Assembly (NCBI GenBank): GCA_041477795.1
Contig: JBGOUY010000002.1
Location: 1 to 37,782 of the forward strand
Direction: 5' to 3'
Length of the DNA: 37,782 nucleotides
DNA from: a bacterium
GTDB taxonomy: Bacteria; SAR324; JACQKK01
Shown: in pieces, positions 1 to 11,490 of the stretch
How positions within the stretch are numbered: position 1 is the first letter of the stretch
How the letters are laid out: each line of letters opens with the position of its first letter
Notes under the pieces: model-generated
Database searches by the model: none
What the model saw: the letters and a program-made list of their open reading frames with translations, nothing else
Told to the model about the DNA's origin: nothing
Made by a program: the position numbers and the translations under genes

Positions 1-47
1 AGCCGGGTCGTCACGTACTGATCGGCGAAGGGGAATTTCACTCCCAT
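1..47 (-). CDS. nuoB: NADH-quinone oxidoreductase subunit B, N-terminal fragment running off the window
   Basis: The minus-strand ATG at 47 overlaps the nuoA stop (ATGGGAGTGA). It reads MGVKFPFADQYVTTR, which resembles NuoB N-termini, and it sits directly downstream of nuoA. Only 15 codons are visible. Confidence 0.4.
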   Translation of the reverse strand, partial: MGVKFPFADQYVTTR

Positions 48-397
48 TCCAGCGCTCCTTTCTTCCAGTCGTACACCAGGCCGACCAGGAGGATGGCGAA
101 GAAGATCATCATCACCCAGAAGCCGTAGAAGCCCAGCTCGCGGAACTTCACGGCCCAGGGATAGAAGAACACGATCTCCACGTCGAAGATGAGGAAGGTC
201 AGTGCGACCATGTAGAAGCGCACGCTGTAGCGGCGGAACTGCGAGCCCTGCGAGGGCATGCCGGATTCGAAGGGCATGCTCTTCACCGCGGAGGGCTTCT
301 TAGGCCCGAGGAGGATGCTCAGGCCCGTGAACAGGGCGCCGATGCCCAGTGCCACGATGATCAGGAACAGCACCGGCAGGTATTGTTCACTCAGCAT
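38..397 (-). CDS. nuoA: NADH-quinone oxidoreductase subunit A (119 aa)
   Basis: Internal ATG (MLSEQYLPVLFL...) of ORF 38..466, with GGAG upstream. It has three TM segments and the NuoA signature FDVEIVFFYPWA...WKKGALEWE. The length is typical of NuoA. Confidence 0.85.
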   Translation of the reverse strand: MLSEQYLPVLFLIIVALGIGALFTGLSILLGPKKPSAVKSMPFESGMPSQGSQFRRYSVRFYMVALTFLIFDVEIVFFYPWAVKFRELGFYGFWVMMIFFAILLVGLVYDWKKGALEWE

Positions 398-595
398 GCC
401 CGCTCCACTCCGGTATGGGCTTCGGACGCGAATCGGAAGGCACTCGTAGCCCCACCGTAGCGGCACGGCAGGCGCATCCGGCTCGCTTGCTGCGGCCCGG
501 CGCGTCCAGTTGCGAGGCTACCACACGTCGACGCGATGTCAACGCGGATGCGGCTTTGCGGCCGATCGGGCGCGGTGCCGGGCGTCCCGCGCGCC

Positions 596-3481
596 TCACC
601 CGCGCAGGGCCTCGGCGACCACCTCCACCAGGTGTCGCGCCTGGCGCTCGGTGCCGTGCGCGATCTGCTGGCGGCACGAGATGCCGTCCGCCACGATCAC
701 CGTCTCGGGCTTGGCGCGCCGCACGGCCGGGAACAGCCGCTGCTCGCCGATGGTCATCGAGACGTCGTAGTGCTCCTTCTCGTAGCCGAAGGAGCCGGCC
801 ATCCCGCAGCAGCCCGAGGGGATCTCGCGCACGCTGGCGCCGGGGATGCCGCGCAGCACGCCCAGGGTGGGGCCCGTGCCCACCAGCGCCTTCTGGTGGC
901 AGTGCCCGTGCAGCAGGTACTCGCGCGCCGGGCGGCCCTCCGCGGCGGGGTAGGGCAGCCGTCCCTCCTGCGTCAGCTTGAAGAGGAACTCGTCGATGGT
1001 CTGCGCCTGGGCCGCCACGCGCTCGGTGGCCGGGCCGGGCAGCAGCGCGGGGTAGTCCTCGCGCAGCGTGAGGATGCAGGAGGGCTCCACGCCCACGATG
1101 GGCAGCCCCTGCTCCGCGTAGGGCGCCAGGGAGGCCACGTTGAACCGCGCGTTCGTGCGGGCCTCGGACAGCAGGCCCTTGGAGATGAGGGGGCGGCCGC
1201 AGCACTTACGCGGCGGCACGATCACGCGGCAACCGGCCCGCTCCAGCACCTCCACGGCGTCCCGGCCCAGTTGCGGCACGTTGTATTCCATGAACGTGTC
1301 CTGGAACAGCACCACCGCCGGACGCTCGGCCGCCGCCACGCGGCCATTGCTCCCCGCGTGGCGAGCGAACCAGCGCGAGAAGCGCCGCCGCCGGAACGGC
1401 GGCAGCGTGCGCTGCGGGGCAAAGCCGATGCGCGCCAGCAGCCAGCGGTTGGGCCGGCTGGCCGCGATCCAGTTGGAGACCGGCGCCAGCGCGCTGCCCA
1501 CGCGGCTGATCAGGTCGATCCGGCCGAACAGCCGGCTGCGCAGGGGCACTCCGTTGATCTTCTGGTAGTGATAGAGGAACTCGTACTTCATCTTGGCCAT
1601 GTCCACCTGGGACGGGCACTCGGTCTTGCAGGCCTTGCACTCCAGGCACAGGTCCATCACCTCGAAGAGGTCCGGCCCGCCCAGCTCGCTGAAGGGCAGG
1701 TCGCCCTGCAGCAGCCCGCGCAGGGCGTTGGCGCGGCCGCGCGTGGAATGGCGGTCCATGCGCGTGGCCTGGTAGGAGGGGCACATGGTGCCCGCGTCCA
1801 GCTTGCGGCACTGGCCATTGCCGTTGCACATCTCCACCGCGAAGCTGAAGCCGCCCTCCTTGCTGAAGTCCAGCACGGTGTCCAGCGTGCGCACGATGGG
1901 CTTGCCCCAGCGCAGGTTCTCCAGGGGCGGCTGGGCATCGACGATCTTGCCCGGGTTCATCAGGTTGGTGGGGTCGAAGGCCGCCTTCACGTCCCGGAAG
2001 GCCTGCGCCAGCTTGGGCCCGAAGAGCCGCTCGATCAGCCAGGAGCGGGCCAGCCCGTCGCCGTGCTCGCCGGAGATCGCGCCGCCGTACTCCTCCACCA
2101 GCGCCGCCACGTCGCTGAAGATGGCCATCAGGCGTTCCTTCTCGCCGGCCTTTTTCAAGTCGAGGATGGGGCGGATGTGCAGGCAGCCCACCGAGGAGTG
2201 CCCGTAGTAGCCCGCGCGCGTGCCGTGCTTGCGCACGATCTTGTCGAAGGCCTTCAGGTAGTCCGCCAGCCGGTGGGGGTCGACGGCGGTGTCCTCCACG
2301 AACGGCAGCGGCTTGGCGTCGATGCGGTGACCCATCATCAGGCCCAGGCCGGCCTTGCGCAGGTTCCACACCAGGTTCTGCTGCTCGGGCTCCAGCGCGC
2401 GCACGTGCGCGTAGCCCATCCGGTGGCGCTTCAGGTCCGCCTCCAGCTTGTCCAGCTTGTCCACCAGCTCCGCGCGGGTCTCCCCGTAGAACTCCACCAC
2501 CACGATGGCGCCGGGCGTGCCCTGCAGGAAGCCGGTCTTGCCCGCGAAGACCGGGGAGTTGACCGCCTCCTTGATGATCGTATCGTCCACCAGCTCCATG
2601 GCCGAGGGGTTGTGCGCGAGGATCAGCGCATCGGCCTCCACGGCCTTGATCATATCCTCGAAATGCGCGACCAGCAGCGCCTTCATCGTGGGCAGGGGCA
2701 CGATCCGAACCTTCAACGCGCTCCACACGGCCAGGGTGCCCTCCGAGCCCACCAGCAGCTTGGCCAGGTTCAGCGAGCGGTCGCGCCGCAGCACCTCGTC
2801 CAGGTTGTAGCCCGACACGCGGCGCATGAGCTTGGGGAAGCGCGCCTCCACTTCCGCGCGGTTCTCCTCCGCGATGCGCAGCACCTCCCGGTAGATGTGG
2901 CCTTCCAGCGACTCCGCGCGCAGCTTGACGTCCAGCGCGGCGGAGCCCAGCGGAGCGAAGGTGGCGCGCGAGCCATCGGCCAGGATCGCCTCGGCCTCGA
3001 TCACGTGATCGACCGTCTTGCCGTAGAGGATGGAGCGGGCCCCGCAGGAGTTGTTGCCCGTCATGCCGCCCAGCGTCGCGCGGTTGCTGGTGGAGGTGTC
3101 CGGCCCGAAGCCGAAGCCGTGGGGCGCCAGGAAGGCATTGAGCTGATCCTGCACGACGCCCGGCTGCACGCGCGCCCAGCCCTCCTCCGTGTTCAGCTCC
3201 AGCACCTTGTTCATGTGCGTGGACAGGTCCATCATCACCGCCCGTCCGACGCATTGGCCCGCCAGGGACGTCCCGCCGCCGCGCGGGAGCACGGGCATGG
3301 CGTGCTTGCCGGCCAGCTCCACCACCGCCTGCAGATCGTCCGCGTCCAGGGGATGAACGACGCCCAGCGGCTCGATCTGGTACATGCTGGCGTCCGTGCT
3401 GTAGAGCTGGCGGCTCATGCGGTCGAAGCGCACCTGGCCGCGCACGGTGCGGCGCAAGTCGGAATACAGGTCATTCAGCAT
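596..3481 (-). CDS. FAD-linked oxidase fused to 4Fe-4S and CCG (cysteine-rich) domains; YdiJ / GlcD-GlcF-fusion-like 2-hydroxyacid dehydrogenase (961 aa)
   Basis: N-terminal FAD_binding_4 pattern ([13 protein letters not shown]). Two ferredoxin-type Cys clusters ([17 protein letters not shown] and [12 protein letters not shown]). C-terminal CCG motifs ([14 protein letters not shown]). Confidence 0.88.
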   Translation of the reverse strand: MLNDLYSDLRRTVRGQVRFDRMSRQLYSTDASMYQIEPLGVVHPLDADDLQAVVELAGKHAMPVLPRGGGTSLAGQCVGRAVMMDLSTHMNKVLELNTEEGWARVQPGVVQDQLNAFLAPHGFGFGPDTSTSNRATLGGMTGNNSCGARSILYGKTVDHVIEAEAILADGSRATFAPLGSAALDVKLRAESLEGHIYREVLRIAEENRAEVEARFPKLMRRVSGYNLDEVLRRDRSLNLAKLLVGSEGTLAVWSALKVRIVPLPTMKALLVAHFEDMIKAVEADALILAHNPSAMELVDDTIIKEAVNSPVFAGKTGFLQGTPGAIVVVEFYGETRAELVDKLDKLEADLKRHRMGYAHVRALEPEQQNLVWNLRKAGLGLMMGHRIDAKPLPFVEDTAVDPHRLADYLKAFDKIVRKHGTRAGYYGHSSVGCLHIRPILDLKKAGEKERLMAIFSDVAALVEEYGGAISGEHGDGLARSWLIERLFGPKLAQAFRDVKAAFDPTNLMNPGKIVDAQPPLENLRWGKPIVRTLDTVLDFSKEGGFSFAVEMCNGNGQCRKLDAGTMCPSYQATRMDRHSTRGRANALRGLLQGDLPFSELGGPDLFEVMDLCLECKACKTECPSQVDMAKMKYEFLYHYQKINGVPLRSRLFGRIDLISRVGSALAPVSNWIAASRPNRWLLARIGFAPQRTLPPFRRRRFSRWFARHAGSNGRVAAAERPAVVLFQDTFMEYNVPQLGRDAVEVLERAGCRVIVPPRKCCGRPLISKGLLSEARTNARFNVASLAPYAEQGLPIVGVEPSCILTLREDYPALLPGPATERVAAQAQTIDEFLFKLTQEGRLPYPAAEGRPAREYLLHGHCHQKALVGTGPTLGVLRGIPGASVREIPSGCCGMAGSFGYEKEHYDVSMTIGEQRLFPAVRRAKPETVIVADGISCRQQIAHGTERQARHLVEVVAEALRG

Positions 3482-3608
3482 CGGGTCGTTCTCGTCCGGA
3501 ACGGGAGGATCGCCAAGGGGGCTCCGTGAGCGGCTTGCAGCGGGCGGCGCGGCCCCGCGGCCAGTGGGCGCAGGGCCGCGGGCGGAAGGCGGCTACATGC
3601 GTTCGATG

Positions 3609-4856
3609 CTATATCCGTTCGATGACCGTGGCGATGCCCATGCCCCCGCCGATGCACAGCGTGATCAGCGCGGTGGACCCGTCCCGGCGCTCCAGCTCGT
3701 CCAGCGCCGTGCCCACCAGCATGGCGCCCGTGGCCCCGATGGGGTGACCCAGGGCGATGGCGCCGCCGTTCACGTTCACGCGCTCCGGATCGATCTCCAG
3801 GTCGCGCATCGTCTTCAGCGGCACGCAGGCGAACGCCTCGTTGATTTCCCACAGGTCGACGTCCTGCACCGCCATGCCCGCCTTGTGCAGCGCCCTGCGG
3901 CTGGCCGGGACGGTGGCGGTGAGCATGATCACCGGCTCGGAGCCGACCGTGGCCACCGCCCGCACGCGGGCGCGCGGCCGGAGCCCGTGCGCCCGGGCAT
4001 AGTCGCTCGAGGCGATCAGCACCGCCCCCGCGCCATCCACGATGCCGCTGGAGTTGCCGGCGTGGTGCACGTGCTGGATGCGCTTGGCCTGCGGGTACAC
4101 GCGCAGCGCCATCTGGTCGAAGGTCTCGCCCGTGCCGTAGGGATCGTAGGCGCCCATCGCCTCGAAGGCGGGCTTGAGGGCGGCCAGGCTCGCCAGGGTC
4201 GTCTCCGGCCGCGCGAACTCGTCGCGCTCCAGGGCCACGCCGCCATTGCCATCGCCTACGGGCACCACGCCGCGGGTGAAGCGCCCCTCGGCCAGGGCCA
4301 CGCCCGCCTTGCGCTGGCTCGCCACGGCGAAGCCGTCCACGTCCGCCCGCGAGAAGCCCTCCAGCGTGGCGATGAGGTCCGCCGAGATGCCTTGCGGCAC
4401 CAGGGGGTGCAGCGCGCGCAGTTGCAGGTTGCCGCCGTCCAGGCCGGCGCCGTCCGAGCCGATGGGCTGATGGCTCATGGACTCCACGCCGCCGCCCACG
4501 GCCAGCTCCTGCTGGCCGGAGAGCACGCCCATCACCGCGAAGCCCATCCCCTGCAGCCCGGAGCCACAGAAGCGATTGAGGGAAACCGCGCCCACTTCCA
4601 GCGGCCACTGCGCCAGCAGCACGGCGTTGCGGGCTATGTTGGCGCCCTGTTCGCCCGCCTGGGAGACGCAGCCCACCACCACGTCGTCCACGTCGCGCGG
4701 GTCGATGGGGTTGCGCGCGGCCAGGGCGCGCAGGCAGGTCGCCATCAGCTCGGTGGGGTGCGTTTCCGCCAGGGAGCCTCCCGGCTTGTCCGGCGTGCCG
4801 CGCTTGCCCTTGCCGCGAGGCGTGCGCACGGCATCGATGATCCAGGCTTCTCTCAT
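3609..4856 (-). CDS. Acetyl-CoA C-acyltransferase (thiolase), 415 aa
   Basis: Thiolase motifs are present: [20 protein letters not shown] (active-site Cys), [29 protein letters not shown]. The start is taken at MREAWIID. An upstream in-frame ATG at 4889 is possible. Confidence 0.85.
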   Translation of the reverse strand: MREAWIIDAVRTPRGKGKRGTPDKPGGSLAETHPTELMATCLRALAARNPIDPRDVDDVVVGCVSQAGEQGANIARNAVLLAQWPLEVGAVSLNRFCGSGLQGMGFAVMGVLSGQQELAVGGGVESMSHQPIGSDGAGLDGGNLQLRALHPLVPQGISADLIATLEGFSRADVDGFAVASQRKAGVALAEGRFTRGVVPVGDGNGGVALERDEFARPETTLASLAALKPAFEAMGAYDPYGTGETFDQMALRVYPQAKRIQHVHHAGNSSGIVDGAGAVLIASSDYARAHGLRPRARVRAVATVGSEPVIMLTATVPASRRALHKAGMAVQDVDLWEINEAFACVPLKTMRDLEIDPERVNVNGGAIALGHPIGATGAMLVGTALDELERRDGSTALITLCIGGGMGIATVIERI

Positions 4857-5194
4857 GGTCCGCTCGCGAATGGGGTGGGGCGCAGGCATGGGACGGGCTC
4901 GGGAGCCGCGCGCCGGCGGCGTGCCGGCCCGCGCGGCGCGGGCCGTTCACCGCACACGTTCCCACGATTCGCTGGGGAGTTCAATGGCCGCCGCCGCCCG
5001 CAGCGGGCTCCGGCACGCGGCCGCAGCGCCCTCCGCCACGTCCCGCGCTGCCCGTTGCATTTCCCGCCCGCCGCGCCGATACAATGGGCCGAACCAATGG
5101 GCCCGGGCGCGCTTCCCGCGCGGAGCGGGAACCGGCGGCGGCCCCGCGGCATCCCGGGTGCCCACCCCGCTGCCTTCAGACAAAGGAGGGAAGC

Positions 5195-5692
5195 ATGGAG
5201 CGCTACGCGGGCTTCTGGCTGCGGTTCATCGCCTACATCATCGATACCGTCATCGTGGATGTGGTGGCCTTCGTCATCGGAGCCGTCTCCGGCCTCTGGC
5301 TGGGGGGTGGAGGCTACAATAGCGCGGCCGCCACCGTCGTCAGCTCCCTGCTGGCCGTGGTGTTCGTGCTGCTCTACTGGTCCGTGGCGGAAAGCTCGGC
5401 CTGGCAGGCCACGCCCGGCAAGCTCGCCGTGGGCGTCTGCGTGACGGACCTGGCGGGGCGCCGCATCTCTTTCGGCCGCGCCCTGGGGCGCACGCTGGGC
5501 AAGCTGCTCTCCATGCTGTTCTTCGGGATCGGATTCCTGATGGCGGGCTGGACCGCCCGCAAGCAGGCCCTGCACGACCTGCTGGCCGGCACGCTGGTGG
5601 TCAAGCGCGACCGCGCCGCCCCCGAGCAGCCCGCGACGGACGCGCCCAGCATGATGTCCGGCCGCGCCCCGGACAAGCCCACGCCGCGCTGA
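5195..5692 (+). CDS. RDD-family membrane protein (165 aa)
   Basis: AGGAGG lies 6 nt upstream of the ATG at 5195. The sequence MERYAGFWLRFIAYIIDTVI..., TM segments and ...RKQALHDLLAGTLVV are typical of RDD domains. Confidence 0.75.
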   Translation: MERYAGFWLRFIAYIIDTVIVDVVAFVIGAVSGLWLGGGGYNSAAATVVSSLLAVVFVLLYWSVAESSAWQATPGKLAVGVCVTDLAGRRISFGRALGRTLGKLLSMLFFGIGFLMAGWTARKQALHDLLAGTLVVKRDRAAPEQPATDAPSMMSGRAPDKPTPR

Positions 5693-5713
5693 GGGTGCGC
5701 TGCGCCGGCCCGG

Positions 5714-6760
<1,047 letters not shown>

Positions 6761-7049
6761 GCGCTGGTGTGTCCTGGTTCACGGTTGCCCCCCTCGCGCC
6801 CGCCCGGCAGGAGCCGGCCGGCGCGCTTCCGGCCTCCAGTATGGCAGATGTGCGCCCGCGCCCACAACGCAGCCGGCGCCGCGGGTCGGCGTGCGTCGGC
6901 GCGAGCGGGAGCGGGGCACCGGCTTGCCTCAGCGGGCACCGGCGCGGTATCCGGTGAGAACGATCGCGCCGACCGATTGCTCCCACGCGCTGCGGCCCGC
7001 GCCCATGCCGCCCGCCCGCGCAACCCGCCCACCCACGAGACGCCACCTC

Positions 7050-7421
7050 ATGCGCAAGCTCAAGCTGACCCTCGGCCCGCTGGTGCTGGAAGCCGAGCTG
7101 CTCGCCACGCCCACCGCCGATGCCCTCTTCGCCGCAGCGCCCTTCATGGCCCGCGCCAGCACCTGGGGCGAGGAGGTGTACTTCGCCACGCCCGTGGAGA
7201 TCGCGCAGGAGCGCGGGGCGCGGGACGTGATGCAGCCGGGCGAGCTGGCCTACTGGCCGCCGGGCCACGCCATCGCGATCGGCTACGGGCGCACGCCCGC
7301 CTCGCGCGGGGACGAGATCCGGCTGGCCTCGGCGTGCAACGTGTGGGGCCGCGCCCTGGGCGACGTGAAGCAGCTCGCCCAGGTGCGCTCCGGCGCCCCA
7401 ATCAAGGTGGAGCCGGCCTGA
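7050..7421 (+). CDS. Cyclophilin-like fold (TM1367-like) small protein, 123 aa
   Basis: ATG at 7050 inside ORF 6198..7421. The pattern LEAELLATPTADALFAAAPF...WGEEVYF...GELAYWPPGHAIAIGYG matches what I recall of the cyclophilin-like family. Upstream in-frame sequence is low-complexity. Confidence 0.6.
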   Translation: MRKLKLTLGPLVLEAELLATPTADALFAAAPFMARASTWGEEVYFATPVEIAQERGARDVMQPGELAYWPPGHAIAIGYGRTPASRGDEIRLASACNVWGRALGDVKQLAQVRSGAPIKVEPA

Positions 7422-7526
7422 GCGCCTCGGCGCCCCCATGCAGGGGGAGCCGGCCTGATTCTCCGCCGCCCCCATCCCGGCCGTGCGCGGCCATCCGCAG
7501 CCCACCCGCACCAGGAACCGCCCCTC

Positions 7527-8321
7527 ATGGCACACTCCCTCATCGAAGTGGACATCCAGCGTCGCGTGGCCACCGTGACGCTGAACCGGCCCGAGCGCCT
7601 CAATGCCCTGGGCCAGGACATGCGCGAGCGGCTCTACGCGGCGCTGGAGCGCGTGGCCAGCGACGATGCGGCGCGCGTGGTCATGCTCACCGGCGCCGGG
7701 CGCGCCTTCTGCTCCGGCGGCGACGTGAAGGAGATGAACGAGCGCCGCGCCGCGGGCAAGACCCCGCGCCGCGAGACCGAGGTGGTGCCCCTGCGGGACG
7801 GCATCCTGCTGCGCCTGCAGACCCTGCCCAAGCCCGTCATCGCCGCGGTGAACGGCATCGCCGCCGGAGCGGGCATGAACCTGGCGCTGGGCTGCGACCT
7901 GCGCATCGCCTCGGACAAGGCCGCCTTCGGCCAGGTGTTCGTCAAGCGCGGCCTGCACCCGGATTGGGGCGGCACCTTCTTCCTGCCGCGCCTGGTGGGC
8001 ATGGCCAAGGCGCTGGAGCTGATCCTCACCGGCGAGCTGGTGCCGGCGCCCGAGGCGCTGCGGCTGGGCCTGGTGAACCGGGTCGTGCCGGACGCCGACT
8101 TCGCCGCCGAGGCGCGGGCCTGGGCCGAGCAGCTCGCCGAGGGCCCGCCCATCGCCATGCGCCTGGCCAAGCGGGGCGTGTACCGCAACCTGCACGCCGA
8201 TCTGGCCTCGGCGTTGGAGTACGAGACCTACGCCCAGCAGATCGTCTGGGGCAGCGAGGACGCGGGCGAGGGCATCCGCGCCTTCGTGGAGAAGCGCCCG
8301 CCGCAGTTCCAGGGTCGCTAA
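7527..8321 (+). CDS. Enoyl-CoA hydratase/isomerase (crotonase) family, 264 aa
   Basis: Crotonase motifs are present: LNRPERLNAL, TGAGRAFCSGGDVKEM, PVIAAVNGIAAGAGMNLALGCDLRIA, EGIRAFVEKRPPQF. Confidence 0.88.
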   Translation: MAHSLIEVDIQRRVATVTLNRPERLNALGQDMRERLYAALERVASDDAARVVMLTGAGRAFCSGGDVKEMNERRAAGKTPRRETEVVPLRDGILLRLQTLPKPVIAAVNGIAAGAGMNLALGCDLRIASDKAAFGQVFVKRGLHPDWGGTFFLPRLVGMAKALELILTGELVPAPEALRLGLVNRVVPDADFAAEARAWAEQLAEGPPIAMRLAKRGVYRNLHADLASALEYETYAQQIVWGSEDAGEGIRAFVEKRPPQFQGR

Positions 8322-8594
8322 TGCCAGGGTCGCAAGGCCCCCCAGCGCCGTGCCTTTCCTGGCGGCGGGTCCCGCTCGCAAGGGGGCGCGCCGTGGCGAC
8401 CCATGCCCCCGGCCGGGCCGCGCCGGAGGACATCGCCCGCTCCACTCCGGGCGCGGCTTGCGCCCTAAGCGCGAGCCGCCCGGCCAGGGCACGAGGGCCG
8501 GGCGTGCCGCAGCGTGGCGCCCCACCCCCCGCGATGGCCCGAAATACGGCCTTCGGCGCCCTATTGCGGGCGGGGCCGGGGTCAGCGCGTTCGA

Positions 8595-8862
8595 TTGACT
8601 TTGCGGGGTAGAACGGGCACACTGCCCCTGACGTCCAAACCCTGTTCGGGGGAGCCAGTAGGCTCGGGAGGCGTTAGCGATCAAGGTCCATCTGATAGTC
8701 CTCGATCCTTCCTCCTGTCCCGGCGCCGAGATGAGCGCCGCGGGGGAGGCGTACTCAACCAATAGTGTCGTGCACGCCCGTGATCGGGCCTGATACCGCC
8801 GACGTGGCGCTCGGGTGGCAGCGGTGCCAGCCGATGGGCTGCAAGCTAACCACACAAGGCGC
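8595..8862 (+). other. Long, lower-GC, hairpin-rich 5' leader or possible ncRNA upstream of the NMO-moaC pair
   Basis: TTGACT at 8595-8600. There are several stem-loops, including an extended one at 8667..8715 (GGAGG...GATCAAGG/CCTCGATC...CCTCC). The GC content is visibly below that of the flanks, and no convincing ORF is present. Confidence 0.35.
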
Positions 8863-10044
8863 ATGAGCAGTCAACTGCCTCCGCTCAAAATCCGTAACTT
8901 CACGCTGAAGTACCCCATCATCCAAGGTGGCATGGGGGTAGGTGTGTCCTGGGACCGGCTGGCCGGAGCCGTGGCCCACACGGGCTGCGCCGGCACCGTG
9001 TCCTCCGCGGGCACCGGGTACTGGAACACCCGCGAGGTGCGCCTCATCAACGGGCGGCCCCTCAAGCCGGTGAACTTCCACCACTCGGAGAACTACAAGG
9101 CCATCATCCGCAAGGCCATCGAGCGCTCGGAAGGCAACGGCGTGGTGGGCGTGAACATTCTGTGCGCCCTGACCGACTACGAGCGGCAGGTGAAGGACTC
9201 GGTGGAGGCCGGGGCCAGGTACATCATCAGCGGCGCGGGCCTGCCCCTGCGGCTGCCGGAGTTCGCCGGCAACGCGGACGTCGCGCTGATCCCGATCGTC
9301 TCCTCGCCCCGCGTGGTGGACCTGATCTGCAAGCGCTGGAAGCGCTCGGGCCGCCTGCCCGATGCGATCGTCCTGGAAGGGCCCAAGTCCGGCGGGCACC
9401 AGGGGTACACGTACGAGCAGTGCTTCCAGCCCGAATATCAGCTCGAGAACATGACCCCCGCGGTGCTCAAGTCCTGCAAGGCCTGGGGCAACATCCCGCT
9501 GATCGTGGCCGGGGGCATCTGGGACAAGAAGGACATCGACCTGTTCATGGACATGGGCTGCTCGGGTGTCCAGGTCGCCACGCGCTTCATCGGCACCCAC
9601 GAGTGCGACGCCTCGGACGTGTTCAAGCGCGTGATCCTGAACGCGCAGCAGAAGGACATCCGGCTGCTCAAGAGCCCGGTCGGCTATCCGGCCCGCGGGG
9701 TCATCACCACGCCGCTCGTGCAGCGCGTGATGGCCGGCGTGCGGCCCAAGATTCCGTGCATATCCAACTGCGTCACGCCCTGTGACCACGGCAAGGAATC
9801 CAACAAGGTCGGCTACTGCATCGCGGACTCCCTGGGCGACTCGTGGAGCGGGTACCTGGAAACCGGCCTGTTCTTCACCGGCAGCAACGGCTACCGGGTC
9901 ACCCGGCTGCAGTCCGTGCAGGAGCTGATCGAAAAGCTGATCGGCGTCCGCGCGGACAACGACACCTGGGAGGAGCACCCGGAAGACGACGAGTACTACG
10001 TGGGTGCTCACCGGACTTCGGTCGTCGCCACCGCCGGCTCCTGA
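8863..10044 (+). CDS. Nitronate monooxygenase / 2-nitropropane dioxygenase (FabK-like FMN oxidoreductase) family, 393 aa
   Basis: YPIIQGGMGVGVS N-terminal motif, then GAGLP, EGPKSGGHQG, IPLIVAGGI, GVQVATRF. The start is taken at MSSQLPP. An in-frame GTG at 8815 is an alternative. Confidence 0.85.
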   Translation: MSSQLPPLKIRNFTLKYPIIQGGMGVGVSWDRLAGAVAHTGCAGTVSSAGTGYWNTREVRLINGRPLKPVNFHHSENYKAIIRKAIERSEGNGVVGVNILCALTDYERQVKDSVEAGARYIISGAGLPLRLPEFAGNADVALIPIVSSPRVVDLICKRWKRSGRLPDAIVLEGPKSGGHQGYTYEQCFQPEYQLENMTPAVLKSCKAWGNIPLIVAGGIWDKKDIDLFMDMGCSGVQVATRFIGTHECDASDVFKRVILNAQQKDIRLLKSPVGYPARGVITTPLVQRVMAGVRPKIPCISNCVTPCDHGKESNKVGYCIADSLGDSWSGYLETGLFFTGSNGYRVTRLQSVQELIEKLIGVRADNDTWEEHPEDDEYYVGAHRTSVVATAGS

Positions 10045-10052
10045 ATCTCCTC

Positions 10053-10544
10053 ATGCCCAAGGCGCTCAGCCACTTCGACCGCGTCACCGGCCGCGCCCGC
10101 ATGGTGGACGTGGGCGGCAAGGCGGTGACGGAGCGCATGGCCCGTGCGCGCGGCATCGTCAAGATCAGCGCGGAACTGGCCGCCGTGCTCAAGGCCGGCA
10201 CACTGGAAAAGGGCGACGCCTTCACGGTCGCCAAGACCGCGGGCATCCTGGCCGCCAAGCAGACCGGCACGCTGATCCCGATGTGCCACCCGCTCCCGCT
10301 CAACGTGGTGGAGCTGGAGCTGGAGCTGGACGAGGCCACGCTGACCGTCCAGATCGAGGCCACGGCCAAGACCGAAGCCAGGACCGGCGTGGAGATGGAG
10401 GCGCTCACCGCCGTGTCCGTGGCCGCGCTGGCCTTCTACGACATGTGCAAGGCGGTCGACAAGGGCATGGTGATCGACCGGGTGCACCTGGTCGAAAAGA
10501 CCGGCGGCAAGAGCGGCCCGTACCGCAACCCGCAGCCCCGTTAG
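10053..10544 (+). CDS. moaC: Cyclic pyranopterin monophosphate synthase MoaC (163 aa)
   Basis: MVDVGGK, TLEKGDAFTVAKTAGILAAKQTGTLIPMCHPLPL, TGVEMEALTAVSVAALAFYDMCKAVDK. The ATG lies 8 nt after the NMO stop. Confidence 0.92.
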   Translation: MPKALSHFDRVTGRARMVDVGGKAVTERMARARGIVKISAELAAVLKAGTLEKGDAFTVAKTAGILAAKQTGTLIPMCHPLPLNVVELELELDEATLTVQIEATAKTEARTGVEMEALTAVSVAALAFYDMCKAVDKGMVIDRVHLVEKTGGKSGPYRNPQPR

Positions 10545-10721
10545 CGCCCCGGCCGGCCGGCGGCGGCAAGCCGCACCGGATTGACGTTCCGCGGCGGCTA
10601 CGGAACAAGAGCAGGAGCGCCTGCCGGCCCCGCTCGCAGCGGGTCGGCAGCGCGACGCCGGACATGCCGGCAGCGGTCGCCCGCTGCGCCCGTCACGCCG
10701 GTGGCGCTGCACCGGACCCCC

Positions 10722-11435
10722 ATGGCTGCCGAAACGATCCCCGACACGAGCTTTCCGCACGGCACGAGCCGCTACACGGTCGCCATGGCCAAGTGCCTGG
10801 GCGCGGTGCGCCAGGCGGGCGATGGGACGCCCAACCGCACCATCGTGCAGGCGCTGGTCAACCTGGTGCAGGGGCGGATGCTGGAATACCTGGCGGACCG
10901 CATCTGCCGCGAGTACGACATCCAGGACGACCTGCAGCGCCAGCGCATCGTGACGGTGCTGCTGGGCATCTTCAGCGACGAGTTCTTCGCCCTGTTCCGC
11001 TCCAAAATCGAGTTCCAGCCCGACCTGGTGGTGCAGATCGCGCGGCGCATCGTGCGCAAGGAACTGCACCCGGAATCGCCGACCAAGTACCCTTCGCCCA
11101 CGCGGCAACCCTCCGACCGGCTCTACCCGGCCCTCTTCCGCAAGTCCTTCGAGTACCGCGACCTGGGCACGCTGTTGGAGCTGGTCGAATCCGACGCGCA
11201 GATCCAGAAGATCCTCCTGCGCAACGTGCTGCAGAAGCGACTGGGCGAAGGGCCGCTGCTCCAGCGCGTGCTGCAGATCGTGGAGGAGGACGCGGACGGC
11301 ATTGCCCCCAGCCTGTTCCTGGGCTACGTGAAGGGCAACGACATCTCCCTCCTCGAGGACAAGGTGCGCAGCGGCGCCTGGCGCGGGGAACTGGAGCAGC
11401 TGCGCACGCACATGGCGCACCTGCGCGGCGCCTGA
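10722..11435 (+). CDS. Hypothetical protein, predicted all-alpha, no domain recognised (237 aa)
   Basis: Long ORF with normal amino-acid composition from MAAETIPD onward, unlike the Arg/Ala/Pro-rich shadow ORFs. It lies 55 nt upstream of the DUF2203 gene on the same strand. The start is uncertain. Confidence 0.55.
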   Translation: MAAETIPDTSFPHGTSRYTVAMAKCLGAVRQAGDGTPNRTIVQALVNLVQGRMLEYLADRICREYDIQDDLQRQRIVTVLLGIFSDEFFALFRSKIEFQPDLVVQIARRIVRKELHPESPTKYPSPTRQPSDRLYPALFRKSFEYRDLGTLLELVESDAQIQKILLRNVLQKRLGEGPLLQRVLQIVEEDADGIAPSLFLGYVKGNDISLLEDKVRSGAWRGELEQLRTHMAHLRGA

Positions 11436-11490
11436 GCTCCCCAGCCGCCAAGCCGCCCGGCCCACCTCGGCCACCCGGACGACGAACGCC

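Noticed and set aside
536-3529. A 997-aa plus-strand ORF lies antisense to the FAD/Fe-S oxidoreductase gene.
   Set aside because: The translation is Arg/Ala/Gly/Leu/His-rich low complexity with no motifs, typical of a shadow ORF in ~70% GC DNA. The opposite strand encodes a protein with clear FAD, Fe-S and CCG motifs.
8581-8640. A T-loop-like GTTCGATTG string was considered as a possible tRNA or tmRNA fragment.
   Set aside because: No flanking 5-bp T-stem, acceptor stem or D-arm can be drawn, so this looks coincidental.
8640-8720. A Moco-riboswitch-like string occurs near moaC (CCUCCCGAGCC on the minus strand, the reverse complement of GGCTCGGGAGG).
   Set aside because: It is on the wrong strand for the NMO-moaC genes. 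No minus-strand gene lies downstream. The GGAAAGG-type 3' element I recall for the motif is absent. The region is kept only as an unclassified structured leader.
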